A DNA stretch of 63,463 nucleotides, the filler included, from Stramenopiles sp. TOSAG23-2 (taxonomy: Eukaryota): NCBI GenBank assembly GCA_900128395.1. It is 16 parts of 16 records of this genome, joined end to end, with 100 filler letters (N's around TTAATTAATTAA, not from the genome) between each part and the next. Parts side by side here need not be neighbours in the genome. Positions count along the whole stretch, not along the records: positions 13,171 to 17,452 come from LT650938.1; positions 17,553 to 21,825 come from LT650939.1; positions 21,926 to 26,194 come from LT650940.1; 13 more parts are not named here. One strand, written 5' to 3'. Shown in pieces: positions 13,171-24,900 of this stretch. The notes beneath the pieces were generated by a model that was not told the origin of the DNA, ran no database searches, and worked only from the letters and a program-made list of their open reading frames with translations. A program made the translations under genes and the position numbers. Every line of letters starts with the position of its first letter. Within the stretch, counting starts at the first letter, position 1.

Positions 13171-13771
13171 TGGAACAGAAACTGTTGCAATTGAAAACAC
13201 GACATTAAAGGGAACGCCATATTTCATGGCACCAGAAGTATTGATGCAAAAAGGCCATGGGAGAAAAGCTGACGTGTGGAGTTTAGGTGCTACAGTGATT
13301 CAACTAGTCACCGGGGATCCACCTTGGAAAAAAATGAATTTTGATAGTGTTGTACAATTAATGTGCTATGTCGCTCAAGACGATGAAGCAAAACGAAGAA
13401 ATAATCGACCGATGATAACTACAGTGGATAAGACGACGTCAGAAACCAAATCGAAGAAAAAGAAAAAAAAGAAAAAACGTAAAAATCGACCAGGAATGTC
13501 ACATTATGCAGAAGAATCAAGTGGCGATGATGAAGAAGAGGACAATAATAACAATAACAATAACAATGATCAGCAAAAACAAACAAATAGCAAAGACAAT
13601 GATGTAAATTTATGGAAACAACGAGAAGAGCGACCTATTAATTCATCTATTCATAGACAGAATGTAGCAACATTAAATGCAGATGAAGCAGCGAAAGCAC
13701 AAGAGGAAATGCGAAAAGCTGAATTAGCAAAATTGCAAAAAGAGGAAATTGAAAGTTTTAAAAATAGTTGA
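13171..13771 (+). CDS. Ser/Thr kinase (MAP3K/STE11-like) C-terminal fragment, 5'-partial
   Basis: TLKGTPYFMAPEV, GRKADVWSLGATVIQLVTGDPPW (subdomains VIII-IX); subdomain XI not visible. Confidence 0.8.
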
Positions 13772-13947
13772 GTTATTCGTCAGAGACACCCACAGTAAAA
13801 TTTAATATTAAATACCCCGCACACACAGTAATTTTACACGCGCACTCTAACATTTTAAAATAAATTCCTAAAATTTTATTTTTTTACGAAGTTTTTCGTA
13901 TAATTTTACTCAAATTTGATTACATACACACACACCTTTAACCCTCT

Positions 13948-16485
13948 CTAATATGGATCAGTATCATACACCATCAACCCAGTCCATTGGGCCATTTGTC
14001 CTAAATGTCTCCATGTATTGTTAAAATATTTAATTGCTGTAATATTTGTATCTTGTGTCAATGTAAATGGAAATTGTAACCCTTCTTGATAACCAAAGAT
14101 ACATGGAACGATAGTAATATAATTTGCTTCATTGAATATACCATTTAAACTACCATATTTCTCATCTCCATATTTAGCTGTCATATTACAAATAATCTCA
14201 CCAGTATCTGCATTCCAAAATTCTTCTCGGATACAAGATGGAGCATGACAATGTGGTGTCATAACAAGCGGTGTAATCTTTGTCTTGTCATTGAATGGAA
14301 TTAAATTTGCACCGGGATTATCATTCATACCGATTCCATTATCTTCTAAGCCCATATCTTTCACTTGCAAATGTGCTGTAATTGTTCCAATTCCAGTGCC
14401 CATATCAATGCCATAATGAGATGCTAGATTATCTTCCTCATAATCATTAACAGCATCATCAATTAAAAATACCCAATGATGCAAATGTTTATGACTTGCC
14501 TTTGTTGCTTTTGTTTTTGGTTTATATTCTTGAAAATAATAACGCCATTTTAAAAAATATTTATCCACTTTGCCTTTTGGTATTTTTGAATCTTGATTTA
14601 AATCAGTTAACAGTGTTTTATGCTTGCAACATTGTAAACCGCCATGATATGTTTCAACATCACATGCCATGTTTTCTATTCCAGCACGTTGCGTCCCATC
14701 ACCTTTTCGTAACATATCGGATCGTGGCTCATCGACACAGTCATAGCCAAATCCATTTTTAGTTTGATTCATATATGTAATGAATTGTTTTATATTTGGT
14801 TGACATAAGCATGAATTTATTTTTTGAGGCAACAAGACAATCATAGCTCCAGTCCTTTCTTTATGGTAACTAAGTTCAACAGTACTTCCAATTGCTGTAA
14901 TTACATTCAAATTTCCTGCATTTTTTAAATAGGACATCTCATCCGATGCAACAATTGCACGAGTGATTGTAACGGTGCGAATATTGTTTTTAACTGAATT
15001 CGATAAAACAGTTAATGTGTTTGGTAATAATTTCCCTGGGGCATGATTTCCTAGTTTACGCTCGCTAACTTTACAGTTACCATCAACAATAATAGCATAT
15101 GGTTCATCTGCCATTTTTTCTGCATTGAAACCTACACCATACCATGATCCAGATGGACCACTAATTGTAAATGTCAAATTATTTCCTACAACAAAGCCAT
15201 TATGTTCGATTGTTAATGTTGTTAAATTACCTAAATTATTTGTTCCCACTAATGCTGTTGCAGTATTATCATCACCGCATGTAACATCATCCTTTTCATC
15301 ACTGCCATCATCGTTTACTTTATTAAATATTAAATTGTATTTTTCTGGCTCTTGCGCTTTATTTGTAATAGCAGAAGAAGCAACAGGTTGAATGATGCAA
15401 CCACTTGGTAATGATTTATCATTTTCAACAATTTGAACTTTATTTAACACAATATTACCTTTGTTAATATTCATAATATCTTGAAATGCACTTTTACAAC
15501 TTTTGAAATCAAGGATTGGTTTTTGGCATTGACTATTCGAAGTTAAAACATCCGGTGTTTTAACTTTTATTTTTCCAATACGATCAGTACATGGACATTC
15601 AATTAATGGACACATACCAGAACCTAAATCTGTCATATTGTTATCAGTAAAACGTTTTGGTAAGAACCATTCTTTATAACCAATTTTATCATCGTTAATA
15701 TCATAGTTACGGTTATGTGTGTCGATTTGCATTGGTTCTACAACCCATTGTGTTGGCGATGCAAGTAACTGTGCATAACCAGATGGATAGCCATGATATG
15801 ATTTACGAAATTCACCACCTGGATTTTCTTTATAAACAATTGACGCTGGATAACCATGAGTTGTATTCTCTTTTGCACGGAAAGAGGTAGACGTAGGATT
15901 TGGTACATTTCCTAAATTTTTATTTTCATACATTTCTGCGTCAGCTCCAGTCAACCAACTGAAGTAATGATGGTTATATGCATTATAGATTGGAACAGAT
16001 TTATCTTCTCCATTTTTATCGCATGAAGGGTAGCACGAAAATCCGCCAAGTTCTGTACTAGTCGTTGTTGATCCTGGCTCAGGTCCATCATGAGTTACTT
16101 GATCTACTTCATAACCTGTTATCGCCATTACTTTGCCTTCAAAACGTTTAATTAATTCTTTTGGCAAGTTAATTGGTAAATTTCTTGTCCAATACACTTC
16201 TGAATAGACTGTTCTTACTTCACCATAAACATCAAAATATTCTACTTCACCTTCAATATTCTCAGTAAATTGTGTTTTATATGTGCCTGGTGTGCCGTTC
16301 CATTTATGTTTATCGTTTTTAACCATATTTGGTCCGTTTGAAATTTGATATGGCACACCACCCATGTTCATATTATTATTATTATCATCATTATTATTAT
16401 TATTAGCACATGTTGGTACTACTATTGTTGATACAACAAGTAATATTACATATGATTTAAATAATGATATAATTTGTTCCTTCAT
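13948..16485 (-). CDS. Secreted 845-aa protein, copper type II monooxygenase-like (PHM/DBH/SURNod19-like) with internal DOMON-like domain
   Basis: Signal peptide; YNHHY, MQIDTHN, PHCHAP and GQMA motifs; central GSWYGVGFNAEKMAD...LSYH segment. Confidence 0.6.
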   Translation of the reverse strand: MKEQIISLFKSYVILLVVSTIVVPTCANNNNNDDNNNNMNMGGVPYQISNGPNMVKNDKHKWNGTPGTYKTQFTENIEGEVEYFDVYGEVRTVYSEVYWTRNLPINLPKELIKRFEGKVMAITGYEVDQVTHDGPEPGSTTTSTELGGFSCYPSCDKNGEDKSVPIYNAYNHHYFSWLTGADAEMYENKNLGNVPNPTSTSFRAKENTTHGYPASIVYKENPGGEFRKSYHGYPSGYAQLLASPTQWVVEPMQIDTHNRNYDINDDKIGYKEWFLPKRFTDNNMTDLGSGMCPLIECPCTDRIGKIKVKTPDVLTSNSQCQKPILDFKSCKSAFQDIMNINKGNIVLNKVQIVENDKSLPSGCIIQPVASSAITNKAQEPEKYNLIFNKVNDDGSDEKDDVTCGDDNTATALVGTNNLGNLTTLTIEHNGFVVGNNLTFTISGPSGSWYGVGFNAEKMADEPYAIIVDGNCKVSERKLGNHAPGKLLPNTLTVLSNSVKNNIRTVTITRAIVASDEMSYLKNAGNLNVITAIGSTVELSYHKERTGAMIVLLPQKINSCLCQPNIKQFITYMNQTKNGFGYDCVDEPRSDMLRKGDGTQRAGIENMACDVETYHGGLQCCKHKTLLTDLNQDSKIPKGKVDKYFLKWRYYFQEYKPKTKATKASHKHLHHWVFLIDDAVNDYEEDNLASHYGIDMGTGIGTITAHLQVKDMGLEDNGIGMNDNPGANLIPFNDKTKITPLVMTPHCHAPSCIREEFWNADTGEIICNMTAKYGDEKYGSLNGIFNEANYITIVPCIFGYQEGLQFPFTLTQDTNITAIKYFNNTWRHLGQMAQWTGLMVYDTDPY

Positions 16486-16658
16486 GTTTTGTTGTTGAAA
16501 TGTTATTGTGTTGTTTTGATGACAGATCTATGTTTGATGTTGTTCTATACTGTATGTTCTATCTCTGTATCGTTACGACAAAGTGTTTACCGTGTCTAAT
16601 AATCTATATATTCACTACATGTAAATATTTGCATACTAATACATATTAATATTAATAT

Positions 16659-17259
16659 CCCTCTACTTTTGTGAAACTTGGCTTCAAGCCAAGTTTCAAC
16701 GCTAAATGGTGGTAGTCATAATTTAAGGTATTATGAAACTTGGCTTGAAGCCAAGTTTCATAAGTACCTAAATGTAATTGGCTGCTAAATTTGTTAAGGA
16801 AAGTGTTAATTTTGCTCTTTTCTTGATTGTGATTTCCAAAATGAAAATTACAATTGCCTAAAATATCAATTTTGATAAAATAGGTGTGGAAAACATAATA
16901 AGATAATATGCTTTATTTTATACCCATTTAACATATACACAATGTTGTATCTTAAAATCATCATAGTTGGATTTTTTTTAAATTAATTTATTTTAATGTT
17001 GCACTGCTTCTGGGCACCACATCTTAACGAATCTCTGATTGATAGCTTCCTCTCCACCATGCAAACCACTTAAATACCTAATTTCACAATGGTATGCAAT
17101 GGTGTAATAATCTAATATTTAGAGCCGATCACTACAGAAAAAACATCCAATTATTGCAATTAAATTACCTCAAAAAAACTGTAAAAAATTTTTTTTTCCC
17201 ATAGTAATTACCTGCTATTTTTGAAACTTGGCTTGAAGCCAAGTTTCAAAAGTAGAGGG
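16659..17259. mobile_element. Non-autonomous DNA transposon (MITE), about 600 bp, about 40-bp TIRs
   Basis: Left CCCTCTACTTTTGTGAAACTTGGCTTCAAGCCAAGTTTCAA, right TTGAAACTTGGCTTGAAGCCAAGTTTCAAAAGTAGAGGG; both flanked by ATAT; third internal palindrome copy at about 16731-16763. Confidence 0.85.
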
Positions 17260-17556
17260 ATATAATACTCACTCGATAATACCCTTGTGCCCTTTGTCAC
17301 CTTGGTGGTATTTTTTATAGTTCTTCATTCTCGGCCTCTTGTGCTCTTGGCGTGCTCTTCCAAAATTCTTCAAGTTAAAAAAGTTGGGCTTTCCAGCTTT
17401 GCACCTTTCCAGCTTTCCTTATCCTGGCTTTCTATAGCTTTCTAGCTGATTGNNNNNNNNNNNNNNNNNNNNNNNNNNNNNNNNNNNNNNNNNNNNTTAA
17501 TTAATTAANNNNNNNNNNNNNNNNNNNNNNNNNNNNNNNNNNNNNNNNNNNNCTTT

Positions 17557-20500
17557 TCATCTTAAGCCATTTCCAGCGGTTTTTGATAATCTACTTTTAC
17601 CATGTAAGCCTATAGGAGTATTTTCCCTTGATAATGCTGGCATGGACATCGGGGTGTTTATATTACGTTTTCCACCGGCACCTTGTTGTGCCGGTGTGGT
17701 TGGAGCAGAAGAACGCCCATATGAACCATACGAACTTGATGAAGCATCGGATCCACGTGATTCTAAAGTTGGAAATCTCGATTTTCGTTGCTTTGATCCA
17801 CCACGGCTTGTACCTGTACCACCTCTTGTTCCAGTTTTTTTACCACTATGTTTGCGAATGCATATTTCTGTCTCGTGATACAATCGATCTTTCTCCCTTA
17901 GTTCAACACCACAGCCGAGACTACAAACAGTATTTCTCATGGGACAATGACGCTTTTCATGAGTTCTCATTTTACCTCTTATAACCATTTCACCGCATCC
18001 GAAACGACAGTACATCTGTGCTTTTTTACATTTATTTTGTAAATGAAATGCCAATTCATCGGCATACATTTCTTTTGGACAATGTGTACATATAATCGTT
18101 CGTTTCCCACAAGTCTTCTCCTTATGCTGTTTCATCTCGGACAATTTTAAACGTTCCCCACACCCATTTCCACAATTTACCCAACGATGTGGACAATCAT
18201 GCAATTCATGTTGTTCTTTCTCTTTATGCACCATTTCTTTACCACAGCCTTGGCTACATTTATACATACGTGCTTCACATTCATGTTCCACATGTTTTAT
18301 AACGTTTGCAAATGCAATTTGAAAGCCACATTTTAATGGACATGGAACAGGGCGATAAATACAATCATTCTTTAGATGTCGACTCATTTCTTGAGCTGGA
18401 AATTCCTCCCCACACCTATTTTTACAAGGTACCGTTCGTTTTATGCAGTAATGCGCCTCATGTGTTGGACGATCTTGAAATTGCATTTTCTTTCCACAAT
18501 GCAAACGACATGGAACTTCCCTACACAAGCATCTATCCAGATGGTGTTCTTTCAGCTCTTCAAACATCATTTCTTTTCCACAACCTTGTTTACATCTAAC
18601 TATTCGCTTTATACATTCTAGTTGACAATGTTTATTTTGATCTTTGTACTTTAACTTTATACCACAACCTTGTTTACAAAATACTAATCTATGTTTGCAA
18701 TCAACATCTACGTGTCTTTCAAGCTCTTGGAATTCCATTTTCTTACCACAATGTAATTTACATTTAATTTCACGCCTTCGACAATGTTTACGAACATGTT
18801 TAACCATCTCATCTTCCGGTATCATCAACTTACACTTCAAAATACAAGGTAACAAGCGCTTTTTACACTCGTGTTTTTTATGATATTCTTCATCCTGAGC
18901 CCATAAATCATCAATACCGCAGCCGTTAGTACATGGTATGATTCGTTTTGGACATTCCGTCTCCTCATGCAATGGTATATCAATTTTTGGCAACTTCTTA
19001 CCACAGCCGAGACCACAGGTATATAGAACAATTGCTTTACCCTTATTAGCACGAGCCATTCCTAAATTACCTGCTTGCGCATTGTAAATATTTCTAGCAA
19101 CGCCACTGAAATTATTCGCAAGTGCCCAATCAATTGCATTTTTGCCGCCATGATCCTTCTGGAATGGATCTGCGCCTCGTTCAATTAATAAGCGAACAGA
19201 TTCATTCTGCCCATTCATCGCCGCATGCAATAAGGCAGTTTTACCGTCTCTAGCTATACGATTAATTTCTGATCCACGATCGAGTAATACCTCAATTGTT
19301 CTTACACGTCCATTCTTAGCAGCCCATGACAAAGCTGTATAACCTTGAGGAGTCTCATAGTCAATATTCGGACGCCTCTCTTCACGATCTAATAGTAATT
19401 CTACCGCTGGTGTTACGGTACCATCGTCGTTAACAGATGTAATTTCACATGCTGCTGCCATAGTTAATGGTGTATGGCCGAACTCGTTCACAAAATCGCT
19501 AGATGCACCAAGTTTTAACAAATGATCGACTTCATTGAAGTTACAATTATTTACTGCTATACCGCATTTAATGTCAAGTTGTTTCAAATGCTCAATTTCT
19601 TCCTTTGCCTTCAACCATGAATTTCGATGCTCAATCCATTTCGCAATAGCATCATCACTCAATCGCTGTGCTTTATCTAAGTATTCGACAGTATAAGTCC
19701 ATCTATTACGTATAATCCAACCACGACCATCTTGCCAATGATCATGGCCAAAATGCTCCTTCCCTAATTTAGCACAAGCAGCAGAATCCATACCTTCCTC
19801 TAAGCGATGTACTATTGGACCATACTGTGGAATTTTATCGAGGCCAGCAGTAGCACCATCGACGGTAAAGGAAGGATATCGATGCGGCGGAGGAGCAGTA
19901 GGATGAAGACCTGTTTTACGTGATAATGTTGCACCGCGTTCTATTAATAATTTAACTGTTTCTAAATGACCATTATACGCCGCTTCAGTCAATGGCCCAC
20001 GAACCTGCAACCTTACCTTACGAATTTGAGCGACTAAACTTTTCATAGCGAACATGTGAGCAATTTCTGCCATTTTAAATGTCAAAGACACAAGCTTATT
20101 CCATTTCCCACGATTACGTTTGTACAAGACGTAACGCCATTTGTATTGAATAATTTTTGCTGCTAGCTGATAGTGATCATCCTCAAAAACAAGACTTGCT
20201 CCATGATCTATTAGAACCGCTACCATGTCTGTTTTTCCATTTGCACATGCCCAAGTAAGAGCATTATGCCCACCTTCACTTCTGTAGGATAACAATTCAG
20301 CCACGCGAAGATGTTTTAATGTTTTAAATATAACCGATTCCGCTTCTTCTAATTTTTCTCTATGATCGTCTAATACATTTTCTATGACCGAGCAGTCTGA
20401 AAATATTCTTCGATATGCTTCCCGAGCTTGCCACAACCCATTATCTATCGTTTCGTAACCTACACGTAGCTTCGTTTCCTCCTCAATCATTGGTTTGAAT

Positions 20501-21825
20501 TCTTCATTAACACGATTTAATTTTTCCACAGTACGGACCCATCTTGATAATAATCTCATAAAACCATACCTTGGCTCCGTTTCCAAATTATCGTCATCCA
20601 CATCATCTCTCTCTCCTTCTTCATCACTACTTTCGCCCTCCCAGTCATATTCAATCAATGGATTATCTGTAAATTCCGTTTGTAGTTTCTCCAATTTTTC
20701 CGGCTCCAAAAGGATTTTAATGTTTACTTTGTTCCAAAATGCACGGAAGTAATTGTTAGATTTCATCATTTTGCAGCCAGCTGTCCAATAATCATCAATC
20801 ATTTCGTTGGTCCGTGGATCCCTTTTACGTTTTGGCGGAATGTCAAGCATTAACATGGCAGCTCGCATAATCAAATCAAACTGCGGGGTTGGATATTTAA
20901 TATCACATGCAGAACGAATTTCATTGCTTTTCAATCTCTGTACATCAAATAAAATATTATTGACTGCACTTTCTATCGTATTTCTCATTCCTTCCACTTT
21001 CACATGAATCTTGTCCGCTTCAGCTTTCATCACAACTATTTCTGCTTCCGCATCATCGATGACTTTTTTCTTTGTCGTTAGCTCTGGCTTCTTAAGTTCC
21101 AACTCGGCTGATATTTTTTCTATCTCCCTTATAGACTCTCCTCGAATTATTCGAGCCTTTTCAACCTTTTCTCTCATGAGCGGAATTGCATTCATTTCAT
21201 GTTCAATACCATCTCTAATCATATCATACATTTCTTCGAAGCGATCCATCAATATATGATTCAATAAAATTCGATGTCGTTTTTGCATCACGTCAATTTC
21301 ATTTAATTTTTTGTACTCGTCACTTTCTTCCCCGAATTTTAATCGCGCCCAATCAAGTGCACTGCGTCGAAATCTATTTTTGTATGCAATAATAGCACCT
21401 TGCGCTGCCAAATACAATGCGATTTCTTTTCTGCCTTCTTTAATAGATTCTATCAAGGGTGTATATCCGCGAGAAGTCTCTCCATCAATGTTTGCCCCTC
21501 GTTGTAGTAACAGTTTAACAGCCCTAAATTGCCCCGCATTACAAGCAGTTATCATGGCATTTAACCCAACAGAAGATTCATGATCAATATCACTCCCATC
21601 AGTACAACCAATTAAGTAATCCATTAAATCAAGCTCTCCACGGCCAGCAGCCCATATTAATGCGGTGCTTTTATGCTCTTCACAATACTGCAACTTTCCA
21701 TTTGCATTTGCAGTATCTCCGGTTAACCACATACGAATTTGACGAGTGCAGTTTTTGGCACGTTGACCGCATGGTATGCGCCTACATGGACATGACTTTT
21801 TATGATATTTTAATGTTTCTGCAAC
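17557..21825 (-). CDS. Ankyrin repeat / dynein-stalk MTBD-like / IQ / multiple TRAF-type zinc-finger protein, 5'-partial
   Basis: Several ANK repeats; AAKIIQYKWR IQ motif; more than a dozen C-x3-C-x11-H-x4-C TRAF-type fingers; coiled coil flanking a DYW/WVR stalk-like segment; frame open to 21825. Confidence 0.85.
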   Translation of the reverse strand, partial: VAETLKYHKKSCPCRRIPCGQRAKNCTRQIRMWLTGDTANANGKLQYCEEHKSTALIWAAGRGELDLMDYLIGCTDGSDIDHESSVGLNAMITACNAGQFRAVKLLLQRGANIDGETSRGYTPLIESIKEGRKEIALYLAAQGAIIAYKNRFRRSALDWARLKFGEESDEYKKLNEIDVMQKRHRILLNHILMDRFEEMYDMIRDGIEHEMNAIPLMREKVEKARIIRGESIREIEKISAELELKKPELTTKKKVIDDAEAEIVVMKAEADKIHVKVEGMRNTIESAVNNILFDVQRLKSNEIRSACDIKYPTPQFDLIMRAAMLMLDIPPKRKRDPRTNEMIDDYWTAGCKMMKSNNYFRAFWNKVNIKILLEPEKLEKLQTEFTDNPLIEYDWEGESSDEEGERDDVDDDNLETEPRYGFMRLLSRWVRTVEKLNRVNEEFKPMIEEETKLRVGYETIDNGLWQAREAYRRIFSDCSVIENVLDDHREKLEEAESVIFKTLKHLRVAELLSYRSEGGHNALTWACANGKTDMVAVLIDHGASLVFEDDHYQLAAKIIQYKWRYVLYKRNRGKWNKLVSLTFKMAEIAHMFAMKSLVAQIRKVRLQVRGPLTEAAYNGHLETVKLLIERGATLSRKTGLHPTAPPPHRYPSFTVDGATAGLDKIPQYGPIVHRLEEGMDSAACAKLGKEHFGHDHWQDGRGWIIRNRWTYTVEYLDKAQRLSDDAIAKWIEHRNSWLKAKEEIEHLKQLDIKCGIAVNNCNFNEVDHLLKLGASSDFVNEFGHTPLTMAAACEITSVNDDGTVTPAVELLLDREERRPNIDYETPQGYTALSWAAKNGRVRTIEVLLDRGSEINRIARDGKTALLHAAMNGQNESVRLLIERGADPFQKDHGGKNAIDWALANNFSGVARNIYNAQAGNLGMARANKGKAIVLYTCGLGCGKKLPKIDIPLHEETECPKRIIPCTNGCGIDDLWAQDEEYHKKHECKKRLLPCILKCKLMIPEDEMVKHVRKHCRRREIKCKLHCGKKMEFQELERHVDVDCKHRLVFCKQGCGIKLKYKDQNKHCQLECIKRIVRCKQGCGKEMMFEELKEHHLDRCLCREVPCRLHCGKKMQFQDRPTHEAHYCIKRTVPCKNRCGEEFPAQEMSRHLKNDCIYRPVPCPLKCGFQIAFANVIKHVEHECEARMYKCSQGCGKEMVHKEKEQHELHDCPHRWVNCGNGCGERLKLSEMKQHKEKTCGKRTIICTHCPKEMYADELAFHLQNKCKKAQMYCRFGCGEMVIRGKMRTHEKRHCPMRNTVCSLGCGVELREKDRLYHETEICIRKHSGKKTGTRGGTGTSRGGSKQRKSRFPTLESRGSDASSSSYGSYGRSSAPTTPAQQGAGGKRNINTPMSMPALSRENTPIGLHGKSRLSKTAGNGLR

Positions 21826-21925
21826 NNNNNNNNNNNNNNNNNNNNNNNNNNNNNNNNNNNNNNNNNNNNTTAATTAATTAANNNNNNNNNNNNNNNNNNN
21901 NNNNNNNNNNNNNNNNNNNNNNNNN

Positions 21926-24900
21926 AGGACCGTGATAATCTTTGTATCTTTGATAAATTACAGAGCCTATTGGCTGCTCATTAAAGAAACATTCACCAGG
22001 CGCACCAACAGCAGCCGATATGAAATTTGGACCCCTTTTTAAGTCATCAATTGGTTCCGCTAAACGTCCGTAGAAATGAAGGGCTTTCTTAATACATTGA
22101 AATTGAGATTCTCCAGCGTTGGTAGGAACGTAAGGTATAGGAAAATCGCTCTGCGTACATGGTCTGGTCATACCATCGATCGGACATACAATACCGGTTG
22201 GACAACGGTTGCATTCACCTTCATCACGCAGTTCCCAATTTTTGGACCAAGTTCCTTGTGGGCATCCAGCACATATGACACCTGTACCAAGCCCACGCAT
22301 ACCCGTGACTTCCCCTAATAAGGAGCGAAATGTCCCTGGAGGACAAATTGTAGCAACTGCTGTCATATCATTTTCGCATTGCGTACCGGGTGGACAAGGG
22401 TAACATTGTATTGTTTCGATAGTTGGGGCATAGTAACCAGGAAGACAAGACGCAGGCTCTACAGTTCCAAGCATCTGAGCAAATGTCCCAGGTGGTGTCG
22501 GAACAGGAACTGCTGTTCCAATAGGGCAAGTAAATCCACGCGGGCATAATCCATTCCCCATGGGAGAACTGGAACCCAACTCACAGTAAAATCCCTCTGT
22601 GCATGCTTGCGCATACAGGAAATTGCCTTGTACAATTCTGTCATAGCCAACGCCACCCATACAATAAGTTCCAGGTTGACATGGATATGGACGCAACGTT
22701 GTATCATTACGAAATGGATCCGTTGTCAGCGTACCGTTTGGACAGAAGAAACCAGACGGGCATCGTGCATTAGGCGAATCTAATCCTGATTGGGAGCACA
22801 CGTATCCAGGAGGGCAAATAGCTGGATCCACACGACCGAAGCCTGGGCATATGAAACCCTCAGGGCACTTTTCGCAATTCTCCTGCCCCACCATACCATT
22901 ATATTCCCCAGGCTTGCATGGAATGGGATCCCATTGTCCGGTCCTATCACAATATGTACCAGCAGGACAACCAATTTTTACACCAAACGGGCAGTAAAAC
23001 CCTTTGGGGCATTTACCGACCCCTTTTGGATCCATGCTGCCTTCTGGACAGTACATCGATTCAAAGCATGGTTGTGGTGTTGAAAAATTTTTCATATTTC
23101 CAGCATTCACAGCAGTACCAGGATGGCAGTAAGTTCCAGGTGGGCATGGCACTGGACGGCGTAGTGCATATTGAGACGATGAGTAATCAAACACGTAATC
23201 AGACGCTGACATATTCAAGGCATCAGCCAGTGCAAAACAACTATCGTCTAAACAAAATTTACCACGAATTGGTGAAAACGGCGATGTTGGAGACAAAGGC
23301 AAAAGATGCCTCTCCATCCAAAAGCGAGCTGGATAAGGACTAATTTGCAAAGCAAAATCACTTGTTGCATTTGTCCAGCAAGCCGTATTTCTGGCACCTA
23401 AAACTAGTTTGTGACCCCGCGCCTTTTTACCTCTCCTGATAGTCGATGAACGCTCTGCATGACTTAAAGATGGGAATAATTGACTAGATGGCCTTGGCCT
23501 ACCACAGGTTGTAGCAGTTGTAGCCGTGCCTTCTAGGCAAAAATGACCTTCAGGACAAGGTTGATCAGCAATACTGATCCCTGTGACTTCACATACAAAT
23601 CCTGCTGGACATAACCTTGGAACATGCATGCCTTTATCTGGACATGCATAGCCGATTGGGCAACGAGAGCAATCTGATTGTCCTTCCTGGGCTTGGTAAG
23701 TACCCGCAGGACACAATGTAAAGTTGGAATTACCTTCCCCAGGGCAGAATGTGCCACGGGGGCATGGATATATCGCGGTAGATTCGCCAACAGGACAATA
23801 TTGACCCGTTGGACATGGGCCGGAGTAATTAAATAACTTAAAAGATGATGTATAATCAAACGCATTGTTAGTCAATTCTACATAGACATGACCAGCGGAT
23901 CCCCAACTTGCAGGCTCTCTGGAGCGACCAGCACTAGCTTGCCCCATGTTTTGAGGGTTAGAATTTCTTAGCACACCATGACGATGCTGTCCATGCTCTA
24001 ACTCTCTTGTTGGATGCATCGGCGATGCACAAAACACTAACCGCGACGTGATGAACGTGCCACGAACGGTAAAATCTCCAATGCGACATTTCAACTCAGT
24101 TGAATTAACGAAATATTTGCCCACCACGAATATGGGCGATTTACCAGTATCCCAACCAATTGGTGGATCTGGCGCTAGCTTATCTATTATCGCATCTTTT
24201 TGATACAAAAACCGTATACCGGAATCGGTGAAGTCTTGTCCATTATTGCTTATTTCAAGATGCACTAATTTAGATAAATACAATGGATAATAATGTGACG
24301 TTGGAAATAGTTTCACACTACCCGTTGTTGGATTGATACCTCTATTTTCATGGGCGACAAGAGGTTGCCAAACCATTTCACAACCACCTGGGATATTTGG
24401 TCCCATGATGTCCCCAGTACGTTTATCTATCGGCGGAATTGCACCACCGGTATAACTCTTTAAACACGGTGGGGTATAACAAATTATTTCTTTTGAACTT
24501 ACATATTCTCCAGGAACGTTGGTATCTGCAAACCTGCATGTAAGGCTAGAAACATTTGCAAAGTTTTCGCCATACACATGAACTTCCGTTCCTGCCACTT
24601 CCCCGGGACCAGAAACTGGCGTTATTCTTTCCAAAGCAAGTGGTTCGTAAAACAAAAAAGGGATTCGTTGATCAGTGTAATCTTGATCATTCACAGTTAT
24701 TTCTAAAGAATATAGACCAATTGCATATGCCGGGGTGCGACAAATAAGTTCAGCACCGTTTAGCCAAGCCGCTTGCACAATCACATCTCCGAATTTACAC
24801 TTTAATTCATCAGTCGGCAAAAAGTTTTCACCTGTAACTCTAATTGAAAAATTACCTGTGTTTGGTGCTGAGCTTGGGTAGATATTTCTAATTTTAACTC

